Shown here: positions 27,816 through 45,985 of the stretch, piece after piece
How the letters are laid out: each line of letters opens with the position of its first letter
How positions within the stretch are numbered: position 1 is the first letter of the stretch
From: the human T2T-CHM13v2.0 reference genome, Homo sapiens
DNA length: 64,000 nucleotides
Strand: one strand, 5' to 3'
Assembly: GCF_009914755.1 (NCBI RefSeq)
Contig: NC_060939.1
Notes under the pieces: model-generated
What the model saw: the letters and a program-made list of their open reading frames with translations, nothing else
Database searches by the model: none
Told to the model about the DNA's origin: nothing
Translations under genes and position numbers: made by a program

Positions 27816-28779
27816 AGAGTCCTGATTAATAGATGCTTTTCAGAATAAATGCATTTACTTTAACCTTAGCTTTCCTGGAGTCAGCTATTTTCTGAAACCA
27901 ATTTTTCCATTTTTCTGGAACTTTCATTTAGCTGGCTCTGGTCAGGTTATATTAACTGATTACAACACAGTTAGGAGGCAATGAGCAGGACCCCTAGGCA
28001 CATCTTTCTTGGTATAGCTAAATTTAAGGCAAAATAAAAGAAAAATTAAAATACAGACCTGAACATGCATCATTAGCCAATAAATTTCAGAAGTTTGGCA
28101 AAAAGTCATCAACCACAGACTTCCTTGCTCAGTGTTAATATAATAGTTAACCGAGGAATTCAACTGATCTAATTCGTACAAAGACATCCTCTATTCAGCA
28201 AGGGTAATTTAGTTGGATACTGTTTTTAAAATATAATATTGATTATCAAATATTGTCTTCTTTTTTAGAAAACTCCAATGAAGTCATGATGACATTGTAA
28301 GCCATGATGATCATGTAATTATAAATGATCACAATTAGGTCAATGTAACATTATCAATAGAGCAAGACAAATGAAATAATCAACCCAGTGAGTAAACTTG
28401 CATCCTTTATATATGAAGTTGTGGCTGCTATCTCTGAAATACGAGAAGACAATCTTTCGCTGTGTTCCAGTGATGGAAAAGCTTTGTGCTGTCTCATTGT
28501 GACTAGAAGCATCCTTTGCCAAAGGGATTGCTAGGATTAGGCTGTGGGTTGCTGAACACAGCAAAACTAACTGGTATACACATGCGAATCCTCTAATGTA
28601 ATCCAGTTCCTACTGTGTTGTGAATGTCTTCACCTGTATGAAGGTATGAGGAATACTTCCCTTTTAATAAGCATCTTGGCCACTAAAGAAGTCTGAGTGC
28701 ACTTATCCAGTTAGAAATAATCTCTCCCATGCCTGTATTTGCAGAGCAACTTTTGGTTCCTTTATTATAGCTCTCATCA

Positions 28780-29145
<366 letters not shown>

Positions 29146-31001
29146 CTACTTCTAGGTCTTATTCGTGTTTTATCTCCCACAGGATTTATACATTGTAATC
29201 AATTTTTTAAAGTTAAAACAATAAGTTACTAATAATATTGACAGCCTTAAGAGAAGGAATTAAAGCAGTTCGAACTCTGAGGGTCAAGGGTCAGAAGGTT
29301 CTAGCTACTTACAGAAATAAAGTTCAGTATAACTTACTGGATATATCTAGATTTTTAAAAATAACTCTTTACAATCACAAAATCATTGAAAATATTAGAG
29401 CAAAGACTTTATTCACACTGATAAGCAAGTTAAAAGATGCATAATTGGATACGAAATGAGTCAAAGTCTCCTCATACTAAACGTAGCTTTAAGTATACTA
29501 ATTAATGGATTAATTTTATGTGAGAATCTGCTTAGTTCTCCAGACAAGGTGAATTATACCTCAAAGATAATGCTCAAAAGGAGGAATCTGTTTAAATGTC
29601 ACGGGAGAGGAAGTTATGTCAGAGCTTTAATAGCCTTTAATGCTCAGAATCTGATCACAGTAATTATAGCCTGATAATTCAAAGAATGGGGAATATTTGC
29701 TTCTTAGAGTTAAATTAGACATTTGAAAGATATAAATTCTGTAGAAGACATTGAGTACGGATGTTTGATAATATTAAATATCTTAACATTTACTAAGAGA
29801 AAAGGCTTAACACAGGGACAAATTTCTCCTTTTATCCTGAAATACTTTAAATTATATTTATTATATTACTATAATAAAAGCTAAAATTATAATTGTAAAT
29901 ATATATTGGCTATAGAAAGTTTAGAAAAAGTACATAACAAAAACTACTATTATTCTCACAATCTAAAAATAACTGTCATTTATATTTACTGGATTTCCTT
30001 TAATATGCTTTCTCTATGTGTGCATAAATTTTACACAATGGATAACATGCTGTAATCATTACATATCCTGCATTTTTGCTTAAAATTTTAATGTGAAACA
30101 TTTTTCAAAACCCTGAAGAAATTTTTCAATATTTCAATGACTGTATGACATCCTGTCACATGGATATGCTATATCTTCTTAATAATTCTCTTACTACTTA
30201 GCATTTAGGTTTTCTTCCCATTTTATGATTATATTTTTCATTAAGCATCTTCATAAATTTTGTTTGCATTTATTTATTTTAATGACATTATTAGTTGAAA
30301 TGATGATTTCAAAGGTTCTTAACATAATTTGCCACATTCCTTTGCAGAAAAATTGTCAACACTTATACTTACCTAGTCACACAAATCTCATTTTACTATA
30401 TGCTTTGTCTATTTGAAGAAGATATTTGTATTCCAAATTTACTTATGTTTGCTAATGGTACTTTTAAACTTTATGTCATATGTGCTGGAAATGAATAAAT
30501 AAGAGCCAAGAATATAGTGACTCAGATGCTGCTTTCTCCAATCAATATTCTTTCTTTATCAGGATCTTCCATTTCATCAATCTGGGAAGTAAAACCAAAA
30601 ATTGCACCAACCATATGTAGTTTTCTTAATAAAACACTGAATATTTGGCATGGATTATTATTTTTATCGTCTTTGTATTTTCAGCCTAAATAATTTAGTT
30701 TGAGAAAGAAGCCATTATTTATTCTCAACTGAATAACAATAATGATGATGATAGTATGTAATTAAACCAAGATTAACTATCGTGCTCTTTTTTTGTGTGC
30801 CAGACCAGTATTACGGTTTTACATTCACTACTGTATTTAATAACAGTAGTGAGTCTTATTAGGTGGAAACATAATTTAATTCTTTATTTTAAACCCCATA
30901 TTCTATGATTTAGGATTTCACATCTAAAAACTACATATTTTTCCTGTTAGTCAGATCATGACTAAAAACCTCCAATTATCGGTTGTTAGTGAAATCTTTT
31001 G

Positions 31002-31160
31002 GGGGTGTATGAGAACCATGGGAAAACATGATTTGGAGCTGCTCAGTCAGCTAGAAGATTATTAGATAAGGAGAAATGATGGGAAGTTTTGAAAGAAATT
31101 TCATGTTGAGACGCTAAAGAAATAATCATAATCCATGTCACCTGGAAACCCTCCTGTCAG
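31002..31160 (+). repeat. 159-bp direct copy of 31703-31860
   Basis: ggggtgtatgagaaccatgggaaaacatg...cctggaaaccctcctgtcag occurs at both positions, ~90% identical by eye. Confidence 0.95.
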
Positions 31161-31504
31161 ATTTGCACCTCTATCTATTGTGATATCTATATCATGTCAT
31201 CATAAATGTTTTGCCAGGTTGTTAGCAGTCCCACACAGAATGCCTGAACTTCACATTTTTAATTTTATCTCTCATGAAATGTATGATTAATCGGTATCTA
31301 CTTTTTGTGAGTCAACCATGTTAAATCTAGCAAATGCAAATTTAAATAAGTAGCTGGTTAAATCCTTATTAAACATAAAGTTACCAGGGAATTCTGATGT
31401 AAATACTGGTGGGTAAGTCAGTATCTTTCCTCTTCTTCTTGAAATCATATTAAAATTCTCCCAGGGACAATGAGTCAGAAAACTTTACTTTCAGGAAAAT
31501 TCTG

Positions 31505-31980
31505 AGACATATTTTATCTATAAATTACAAATGCACAGAAGTGTTGAGACTAGACAAAAGCCATTGTGAAGAAATGAAGAGATAATATGCAGGTGAGAGT
31601 CCACTCGTGGCAGACCTCAGAAAACCCCAGGGAAAATTACATTTCCTGAAAGTGAGACTCACTTTGGATTGCAAATTTTACCCCCTCATTGTAACAATTG
31701 ATGGGGTGTATGAGAACCATGGGAAAACATGATTTGGGCTGCTCAATAACCTGGAAGATTATTAGATAAGGATAAATTGTGGGAAGTTTTAAAACAAATT
31801 TGATGTTGAGATGCTAAAGAAATAATCATAATCCATGTTGCCTGGAAACCCTCCTGTCAGGTTGAGAAGGACTAAGCACAAGCTGTCAGGGACTCAATTT
31901 TATTGAGAAAAGTAGAGGAGAGTTTACAGACGCTTTAAAAAAGCCCTCTTTGGAGGATGGTCTTTGTTTCTCTGGTAGTA
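31505..31980 (+). repeat. 476-bp segment duplicated in inverted orientation at 48917-49392
   Basis: agacatattttatcta...tttctctggtagta is the reverse complement of 48917-49392 along its full length. Confidence 0.95.
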
Positions 31981-32049
31981 AAGAAGGAAAGATCCCTTTG
32001 GAGGTGAAGCCTGCAAGACTACAAAAGTGTCCTCCTATAAATAGAAACT

Positions 32050-33490
32050 TCTTGTATATAATTATCTAGACATGTATCATTTATTAAGGATGAGTAATAA
32101 AAAACTGTTACAGTACTAACACAAAGACATTTTAAGAAAAGCACAGAAAAGAGCATTATAATTTTAAAACAGACAAAAGCCTGCAGAAAAACATTTCTAG
32201 GAGCAGGTAAAAATTATGAGCATATGTCTCACCATGAATTTTTAAAAAGTGTTTTTATAAAAACAACTGCCTGCTTCTATGAAGACCGTCTACACACACT
32301 GAAGGAACTCAATTTAGGAGTAAGATGGCAAGACAATAAAATATGAAAAAATATAACTTGGCCATATGTAAGAAAGTAGAAAAACATAATCATAGAAAGA
32401 AAAACAAAACTGAAGGAAACAACAAAAAAAAATATAACCTGGAGGAGATATGTATATACACACATGCACACAAACCTGGAGGATAAAATGAAATAAGCTT
32501 GGTGGATAAAGTGATACAAGGAGATTAAGTAAAATAGAAATAAATATTTTTAAAAGACTCGATAGAAAATGATAAATGTAAAAGATATAACACTGAAAAT
32601 CAAAACAATGTAGTACAAATGTTTTAAGATTTTTTAAGCTTTCCTAAGAAAACACAACGTTGAGTATGTGAATTAAAAATGAAGACCCTGAAAGCGTATC
32701 TTAGTAAAATCAACACAGAAGATCTCACAAGACATATCCTGGTAAGCTTTTTGTATTTATAGGAAAAAAAAAGTTCTGGTTAATTAGCAGAGAGTTCAGG
32801 TCACATTTTAGGGAAAAACATATCAGTCTACCTTCAGATTTCCCTACAGCAATATTAAATGTCAGAAAATAATGCGGAGATACTTATCAAAAGGATACTT
32901 GAACCAAGGGTTTTATATTCAGCCAAGACAAACTTCAGGTAAGAAGATGAAAGATAAAGTGTTTTGAATTTGCTACAAATCAAGGAATACTTTTCCTATG
33001 AGTTCTTCTTTAAGGAAAGTATTGAAGAATGAACCTCAGAAAAGTAATAAAGACTTTGAAAGCTACCAGAGAAGGATGAGTGGCATGCATACATTATACT
33101 TAACTTTAGAACAAAGAGTAAAATAAGTGCAAAGATTAGAATGAAGAGAGTGGAATGAAAGTGTTATGTGCCCTGATACAATAGAAATGATATAACAAAT
33201 AAATATTTTGGAAGCGGTAAAGAAGGTGGGACCTAGAATAAGCTGTTATCTGTCACTTCTGTAGTTGACTTCATAGTCAAGAGGGCATCAACTGGAGCTG
33301 AAAAACTGTATAAGTTTACACATAATTTATAGTACCAAGGTGAATATTAAGAAAAGTGATGAGATAAATTAAAATTGGTGGATAGATATATGAGAAAGAA
33401 AAACTTGTAAATGTTGTCACCCGTTATAATCAAGAAGTAATAACTATAGTCTAAAAACATATATTGTTAATTGCTTAACAATATATTATA
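32050..33490 (+). mobile_element. HAL1 / old L1 ORF1-like fragment
   Basis: agacatatcctggtaa...atcagtctaccttcagatttccctacagcaata...gaaccaagggttttatattcagccaag: decayed L1 ORF1 C-terminal motifs. Confidence 0.5.
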
Positions 33491-36120
33491 AAAATGTGTC
33501 AGTGGCTCTCCCAGCACAGTGTTCGAGCTCTGCTAAGGGACAGACTGCCTCCTCAAGTGGGTCCCTGACCCTCGTGCCTCCTGACTGGTAGAAACCTCCC
33601 AGCAGGGGTTAACAGACACCTCATACAGGAGAGCTCTGGCTGGCATCTGGTGGGTGCCCCTCTGGGACGAAACTTCCAGAGGAAGGAACAGGCAGCAATC
33701 TTTGCTGTTCTGCAGCCTCGCTGGTGACACCCAGGAAAACAGGATCTAGAGTGGACCTCCAGCAAACTCCAGCAGACCTGCAGCAGAGGGGCCTGTTAGA
33801 TGGAAAACTAACAAATAGAAGGGAATACCATCAACATCAACAAAAAGGATGTCCACTCAGAAACCCCATCTGAAGGTCACCAACATCAAAGGCCAAAGGT
33901 GGATAAATCCACGAAGGTGAGGAAAAACTAGCACAAAAAGGCTGAAAATTCCCAGAACCATAACACCTCTTCTCTTCCAAAGGATCGCAACTCTCACCAG
34001 CTAGGGAACAAAACTGGACGGAGAATGAGTATGATGAATTGACAGAAGTAGACTTCAGAAGGTGGGTAATAACAAACTCCTCCAAGCTAAAGGAGCATGT
34101 TCTAACCCAATGCAAGGAAACTAAGACCCTTGAAAAAGGGTTAGAGGAATTGCTAACTAGAATAATCAGTTTAGAGAAGAACATAAATGACCTGATGGAG
34201 CTGAAAAACACAGCGCGAGAAGTTCGTGAAGCATAGGCAAGTATCATTAGCAGAATCGATCAAGCGGAAGAAAGGATATCAGATACTGAAGATCAACTTA
34301 ATGAAATAAAGCGTGAAGACAAGGTTAGAGATAAAAGAATGAAAAGGAATGAACAAAGCCTACAAAAAATATGGGACTATGTGAAAAGACCAAACCTACG
34401 TTTGATTGGTGTACCTGAAAGTGATGGGGAGAATGAGAACCACGTTGGAAAACACCCTTCGGGATATTATCCAGGAGAACTTCCCCAACCTAGCAAGACA
34501 GGCCAACATTCAAATTCAGGAAATACAGAGACCACCACAAGGATACTCCTCGAGAAGATCAACCCCAAGACACACAACCATCAGATTCACCAAGGTTGAA
34601 ATTAAGGAAAAAATGTTAAGGGCAGTCAAATAGAAAGGCCGGGTTACCCACAAAGGGAAGCCCATCAGACTAACAGTGGATCTCTCTGCAGAAACCCTAC
34701 AAGCCAGAAGAGAGTGGGGGCCAATATTCAACATTATTAAAGAATTTTCAACCCAGAATTTCATATCCAGCCAAACTAAGCTTCATAAGCAAAGGAGAGA
34801 AAATATCCTTTACAGACAAGAAAATATTGAGAGATTTTGTCACCACCAGGCCTGCCTCACAAGAGCTCCTGGAGGAAGCACTAAACATGGAAAGGAACAA
34901 CCAGTACCAGCCACTGCAAAAACATGCCAAATGGTAAAGATCATCGACACTATGAAGAAATTGCATCAACTAATGGGCAAAATAACCAGCTAGAATCATA
35001 ATGACAGGATCAAATTCAAACACAACAATATTAATCTTAAATATAAATGGGCTAAATGCCCCAATTAAAAGACACAGACTGGCAAATTGGATAAAGAGTC
35101 AAGACCCTTCAGTGTGCCTTATTCAAGAGACCCATCTCACATGCAAAGACACATGTAGGCTCAAAATAAACGGATGCAGGAATATTTACCAAACAAATGG
35201 AAAGAAAAAAAAAAAGCAGGGGTTACAATCCTAGTCTCTGATAAAACAGACTTTAAACCAACAAAGATCAAAAGAGATAAAGAAAGGCATTACATAATGG
35301 TAAAGGACCAATGCAAAAATAACAGCTAACTATCCTAAATATATAGCACCCAATACAGGAGCACCCAGATTCATAAAGCAAGTTCTTTGAGAACTGCAAA
35401 GAGATTTAGACTCCCGCACAGTAATAGCAGGAGATTTTAACACCCCACTGTCAATATTAGACAGATCAACAAGACAGAAAATTAACAAAGATATTCATGA
35501 CTTGAACTCAGCTCTGGACCAAGTGGACCTAATAGACATCTATAGAACTCTCCACCCTAGATCAACAGAATATACATTCTTCTCAGCACCACATCACACT
35601 TATTCTAAAATTGACCACATAATTGGAAGTAAAACACTCCTCAGCAAATGCAAAAGAAGGAAAGTCATAACAGTCTCTCAGACCACAGAGCAATCAAATT
35701 AGATCTCAGGATTAAGAAACTCACTCAAAACTGCACAACTACACGGAAACTGAACAACCTGCTCCTGAATGACTACTGGGTAAATAACAAAATCAAGGCA
35801 GAAATAAATAAGTTCTCTAAAACCAATGAGAACAAAAACACAACATGTCAGAATCTCTGGGATACAGCTAAAGCAGTGTTGAGAGGGAAATTTATAGCAC
35901 TAAATGCCCTCGGGAGAAAGCAGGAAAGATCTAAAATCGACACCCTAACATCACAATTAAAAGAACTAGAGAAGAAAGAGCAAACACACTCAAAAGCTAG
36001 CAGAAGACAAGAAATAACTAAGATCAGAGCAGAACTGAAGACATGAAAAACCCTTCAAAAAATCAATGAACCCAGTAGTTGCTTTTTTGAAAAGATCAGC
36101 AAAATAGACCACTAACTAGA

Positions 36121-36474
36121 CTAATAAAGAAAAGAGAGAACGCATCGGCTCCTGAGGATTCTGCATTCTTCACGTAGTTCTCGAGCCTTGGTTTTCAGCT
36201 CCATCAGCTCCTTTAAGCACTTCTCTGTATTGGTTATTCTAGTTATACATTCTTCTAAATTTTTTTCAAAGTTTTCAACTTCTTTGCCTTTGGTTTGAAT
36301 GTCCTCCTGTAGCTCAGAATAATTTGATCGTCTGAAGCCTTCTTCCCTCAGCTCCTCAAAGTCATTCTCCATCCAGCTTTGTTCTGTTGCTGGTGAGGAA
36401 CTGCGTTCCTTTGGAGGAGGAGAGGCACTCTGCTTTTTAGAGTTTCCAGTTTTTCTGTTCTGTTTTTTCCCCAT
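36121..36474 (-). pseudogene. L1 ORF1p N-terminal fragment (residues 1-111) in the inverted segment
   Basis: MGKKQNRKTGNSKKQSASPPPKERSSSP...REECRILRSRC, then 6 residues of read-through into the TSD. Confidence 0.9.
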
Positions 36475-36871
36475 CTTTGTGGTTTTATCTATTTTTGGTC
36501 TTTGATGATGGTGATGTACAGATGGGTTTTTGGTGTGGATGTCCTTGCTGTTATTAGTTTTCCTTCTAACAGACAGGACCCTCAGCTGCAGGTGTGTTGG
36601 AATACCCTGCCGTGTGAGGTATCAGTGTGCCCCTGCTGGGGGGTGCCTCCCAGTTAGGCTGCTCGGGGGTCAGGGGTCAGGGACCCACTAGAGGAGGCAG
36701 TCTGCCCATTCTCAGATCTCCAGCTGTGTGCTGGGAGAACCACTGTTCTCTTCAAAGCTGTCAGACAGGGACACTTAAGTCTGCAGAGGTTACTGCTGTC
36801 TTTTTGTTTGTCTGTGCCCTGCCCCCAGAGGTGGAGCCTACAGAGGCAGGCAGGCCTCCTTGAGCTGTGGT

Positions 36872-37378
36872 GGAACCAAGTTGGAAAACACTCTGCAGGA
36901 TATTATCCAGGAGAACTTCCCCAATCGAGCAAGGCAGGCCAACGTTCAGATACAGGAAGTACAGAGAATGCCACAAAGATACTCCTCGAGAAGAGCAACT
37001 CCAAGACACATAATTGTCAGATTCACCAAAGTTGAAATGAAGGAAAAAATGTTAAGGGCAGCCAGAGAGAAAGGTCGGGTTACCCTCAAAGGGAAGCCCA
37101 ACAGACTAACAGCGGATCTCTCGGCAGAAACCCTACAAGCCAGAAGAGAGTGGGGGCCAATATTCAACATTCTTAAAGACAAGAATTTTGAACCCAGAAT
37201 TTCATATCCAGCCAAACAAAGCTTCATAAGTGAAGGAGAAATAAAATACTTTACAGACAAGCAAATGCTGAGACATTTTGTCACCACCAGGCCTGCCCTA
37301 AAAGAGCTCCTGAAGGAAGTGCTAAACATGGAAAGGAACAACCAGTACCAGCAGCTGCAAAACCATGCCAAAATGTAA
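36872..37378 (+). pseudogene. L1 ORF1p C-terminal fragment (about residue 171 to end; RRM-CTD)
   Basis: GTKLENTLQDIIQENFPN...ARREWG...YPAK...NHAKM*. Confidence 0.9.
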
Positions 37379-37414
37379 AGACCATCAAGACTAGGAAGAA
37401 ACTGCATCAACTAA

Positions 37415-41268
<3,854 letters not shown>

Positions 41269-42479
41269 ACAATGACATCACATGGACACAAGAAGGGGAA
41301 TATCACACTCTGGGGACTGTTTTGGGGTGGGGGGAGGGGGGAGGGATAGAATTGGGAGATATACCTAATGCTAGATGACGAGTTAGTGGGTGCAGTGCAC
41401 CAGCATGGCACATGTATACATATGTAACTAACCTGCACAATGTGCACATGTACCCTAAAACTTAAAGTATAATTAAAAAAAAATAAAAATAAAAATAAAA
41501 AAAAGGAAAGAGAGAAGACTCAAATAGACACAATAAAAAATGATAAAGGGGATATCACCACTGATCCCACAGAAATACAAACTACCATCAGAGAATATTA
41601 TAAGCACCTCTACTCAAATAAGCTAGAAAATCTAGAAGAAATGAATAAATTCCTGGACACATACACCCTCCCAAGTCTAAACCAGGAAGAAGCTGAATCC
41701 CTGAATAGACCAATAACAAGCTCTGAAGTTGAGGCAGTAATTAATGGCCTACCAACCAAAAAACGTCCAGGACCAGATGGATTCACAGCCCAATTTTACC
41801 ACAGGTACAAAGAGAAGCTGCTACCATTCCTTCTGAAACCATTCCAAACAACAGAAAAAGAGGGACTTCCTCCCTACTCATTTTATGAGTTCAACCATTG
41901 TGGAAGACAGTATGGTGATTCCCCAAGGATCTAGAACTAGAAATATCATTTGACCCAGCATTCCCATTACTGGGTATATACCCAAAGGATTATAAATCAT
42001 TCTTCTATAAAGACACACGCACACATATGTTTATTGTGGCACTGTTCACAATAGCAGACTTGGAACCAACCCAAACGCCCATCAGTGATAGATTGAATAA
42101 AGAAAATATGTTACATATACACCATGGAATACCATGCAGCCATAAAAAAGGATGAGTTCATCTCCTTTGCAGGAACATGAAGCTGGAAACCATCATTCTT
42201 AGCAAACTAACACAAGAACAGAAAACCAAACATCACATGTTCTCACTCATAAGTGGTAGTTGAACAATCAGAACACGTGGACACAGGGAGGGGATCATCA
42301 CACACTGGGGCCTGTCGGGGGCTAGGGGAGGGATAGCATTAGGAGAAATACATAATGTAGATGATGGGTTGATGGGTGCAGCAAACCACCATGGCACATG
42401 TATACCTACGTAACAAAACTGCACGTTCTGCACATGTATCCCACAACTTAAAGTATAATAAAAAAAGTGTCACATAACT

Positions 42480-43150
42480 GAAACATCTATTTTCTATTAG
42501 CTGCATAACATTTCAGTTTATGAATATCTATGATTCTTTTAAATGAACCTATGTTATGTAGGTATTTCCAAAATGTGATTATAAGAAATAGCACTATGAA
42601 TTTTTAATGTGTTTTTATGTATTTGTTTGATTACTTTTAATGTTAAGCTCTTAGTAATAGAATTCTTGGGTCAATAGGTTGGCAGATTTTGGAGGCTTTT
42701 GAAATATATTGCCAAACTATCTTTTTGAACAATGAATGGTGACTATTTCTCCTGATCCTTGCCAACAGTAGGTATCGTCATTCTTTTATACCTTTACTAA
42801 ATTTCTAGGCAAAGAATACTAATTTATGTTTAAATTTTCATTTATTTCATTATTTATAAATAAACACAAATTCACTATATGTTGAACATTTGTATCTATT
42901 CTTAAGAACATCTTTTTCATATTCCATTGAGGTTGCACTGTTTTCCTATTGATCTGTAAATGTTGATTATCTATTAAGACAATCATCCTTTGTCATATTT
43001 GTTCTAAATATTTCTCCCTTTTAAAATCCTATTTATGGCATTTTTAAAAGCATAAAGAATTTTGTGTTAAAATGTCTTTTTTTCTCATAGCTTTATATTT
43101 AGAAAAAAAATTTAGATCTCAGTTTCATATAAACTTATTTTATTACCTTA
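42480..43150 (-). mobile_element. Old L1ME-type fragment
   Basis: agaattcttgggtcaa...atattgccaaact...tccttgccaacagtaggtat reverse L1 ORF2 3' motifs. Confidence 0.55.
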
Positions 43151-43582
43151 AATGCTTTATTTTCTTGTCCCCTTGCCAGAAGCATAGGAAGTTTTTTTCC
43201 AGTCTTCACGGTAAGAACTTGTTGAAGCTCCTGGACATAAAACTCAGGAAAGTGTGGGGATTCCCCTAAGACTGAGGTCTCCAGAGTTTTTATCTTATAT
43301 TTGAAGTTAGTACACACTGAAACTCCAGACATTTGTCAATAACAGCTGAAGGGTTCCTACCAGCTGCAGCTGTGGGCTTCTGCTTCTTTAGCTTCTACTC
43401 CAGTTAAGCTGTGATTCTCTGTATCTGCCTATCTGTCTCTCCAGTTTTCAGGACAGCAGTTTGCCCTGTAATCTCAATATTTCGATAGATCTAACAACTG
43501 TTGACTTTCAGGTTTTTCCTCTTTAGAGGATGGGACTGATTAGTTCCAAGTTCTTTACACGTTGGGATGAAAACTGGAAGTC
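43150..43582 (-). mobile_element. Old L1M (L1MC/MD-type) 5' end
   Basis: ctgtgattctctgtatctgcct...cagcagtttgccctgt...gttgactttcag...aaactggaagtc terminus. Confidence 0.55.
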
Positions 43583-44607
43583 TAATTTAGTTTTTAAATC
43601 ACAAGAAACTTTGGAGGACTTTTAAAAATGAAACATACTAGTAAAGAGCTAGTAGTTTTCCCAAATAATTAGATAATTGTTGACAGCATTTATTATTTAT
43701 TTTCCTCATTTTCCAATTTATAATGAGACATGAGGTGAGCTTTTAAGAGGGAGCTCAAAAATAATTTTGGACAGTTTTCTAAGGTATTATTGTAGCTGTA
43801 CAAGCATAAGCAATATGGTTTCTTGAAAATTATTTATCTAATATGTCTTCTTACTACATAAGATGTAAGCAGTAAATGAGAGAGACAGGAGAGAACTGTC
43901 TATTGTTTTGGAGCATTTTAAGCAGGTCTTTTAAAATCTGAATGCATTGCTAATGAATATCTTTAAGTCAGTTGAATAGTATCCAAGTAATACCTCTTTG
44001 TTGTATTTTATCCTTCATTCCCTCTATCCCCTTCTGCAAGTTCAAAATATCATTTCTGAGTGAATATACACCTGTAATGAGCTGAATGGTGTTTTCTTAA
44101 TTAGGCAGTTCTTTTTGTTGGCTGGAAACTAAAGCTCCAATTAGTACGGAGTCAAAGGAGCAAATTACCTGCGTAAGTTACTGTCACAGCAGCATCAGCT
44201 TATGTCTTTTCATGAAGGTCTTTGGAAAAGAAAGTCTTTGGCTTAGCATCAGTCTGTCAAAATTTTATTTCCTAGTATCTAAAGTGAAAATTTGATATTT
44301 ATAAAGCTTTTGGAACTGTAAATAAGAAGGAGTGGAAGTTATTTTTAATATAAAGAGCCACCAATATACAAGATACAAGGAGGAGAAAACAAGGTCTAAA
44401 AAATACAATAACACATGTGTAAGTTATGTTCTTTCAAATTGCTGATTTTGATTCCTCGGTCTTCACATCCCCAAACTTTAACATGGTACCAGGAAAAGAA
44501 AATCTTTATGCACGTATATATTCAACCAGTAAACACTTATTATACATTCAGCACTTTATCAGGCTCAGAGGACAGAGGATGAATTCAGATCCTTTACTCT
44601 CAAGGCA

Positions 44608-45092
44608 TGTAGAAGTAGTCAGGGTTATTCTCCAGAGAAACAGAACCACCAGAATTTATTTATTTGTTTGTTTATTTATTTATTTATTTATTATGAGAAT
44701 TGGCACACACAATTATGGAAGCTGAGAAGTTCCATGATCTGCCCTATGCAAGCTGGAAAGCCAGGAAAACTAGTGTCGTAATTCAGTCCAAGTCTGAATG
44801 CTTGAGAATCAGGAAGGAGCCCAAATATCCCAGAGTAGGAGAAAATGGGTGTCCTAGCTCAAACAGAGAGAGCAAATTCTCCATTCCTCCAATTTTTTCT
44901 TTTATTTGAGTTTCAGGTAATTGGATGATGCCCATCCACAGTGGTGAGGGCAATCTTCTTTATATCATCTATTGATTCAAATACTAATCTCTTCTGGAAT
45001 TACCCTCAGGAACAAACCTAGAAATAGTATTTTACTGGCTATCTGATCATCCCTTATCACAGTCAAGTTGACCCACAAAATTATCCATCACA
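44608..45092 (-). mobile_element. MLT2B-type ERVL solo LTR inserted in an L2 fragment
   Basis: agtcagggttattctccagagaaacagaacc...gctgagaagttccatgatctgcc...agtcaagttgacccacaaaattatccatcaca; flanks aggca / aggga (imperfect 5-bp TSD). Confidence 0.85.
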
Positions 45093-45734
45093 AGGGATTT
45101 ATAACTAATGGATGAAACAGGTATTAAAAAAAGTGCAATAAAGGGTTAAAGAGGAGTTTATAGTGGTACATTTAACTTCCTGTTTTAGCAATGGAGCCCA
45201 TTGCTGCAGGCTTATATATAAACTCATGTGTGGTAAGTCTGTGGGCCTATGACCAGGAATAAATTCCATACCTTTATCAATCATTCACATCCATTACTGG
45301 AAAAATGATATAAGCTCAGTTGTAGAGGTGAGGTTTTACATTAAGTATAAACAAGGTAATGGTAAAATTTACTCCTGGGATAAGGAAACTCTTCATAGAG
45401 AAAGCGATGTTTGAGCTAATTTTGGAAGCAAAGTAGGTGTTGATTAGATAATGAAGGAGAGTAGGTGGGACTTACATTTCAGGCGGAATAAATAATGCTG
45501 AAAAAGTTGCATAAATGTGAAAAATATTGAAGTGTTGAAAACAAAACAAAACAAAAACTGTAAGCTATACCACGCAATTGGAGCATAGAGTTTAAATGTA
45601 GATTTGAAAATATGTACCTAGCAATTAGATATACAGCATGTAAATTTTGAAAGAGGTCTTGGCAGGAGATGTGGATTTGAGAATCATTGAATTGGAGCTA
45701 CAGGAATGATTGAAATTGCTTTAGGAATAGGGTG

Positions 45735-45985
45735 AAGAGCTGGGTGTCAAATGTGGAGATCATTTGCCAAGTCAGCATGCAGTTATTGGTTGCCAACATT
45801 AAAATTTCAAGAGATTTCACATAAGAAATACTGATATCCGGCTTCTCTTGAAAAGGGTCTCCATTTCAGGTCTACATCCCAGGATGGAAATAATTGGCTG
45901 GCACTGAATAAAGGTTTGTTCCCTTTTGTTAGGACTCGGAGCCCTTTCTAATTGTCCCAGTCTCTGCTGTCACAGTCCCTGAAGA
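45735..45985. mobile_element. MER102-like hAT-Charlie fragment
   Basis: gagatttcacataagaaatactgatatccggcttctcttgaaaa motif. Confidence 0.5.

Noticed and set aside
28340-28640. Exon-like unique segment with minus-strand ORF (MLCSATHSLILAIPL...) and a possible acceptor at ~28633
   Set aside because: All three frames after the putative acceptor hit stops within ~14 codons, there is no good GT donor and no recognisable protein similarity. A non-coding exon cannot be excluded.
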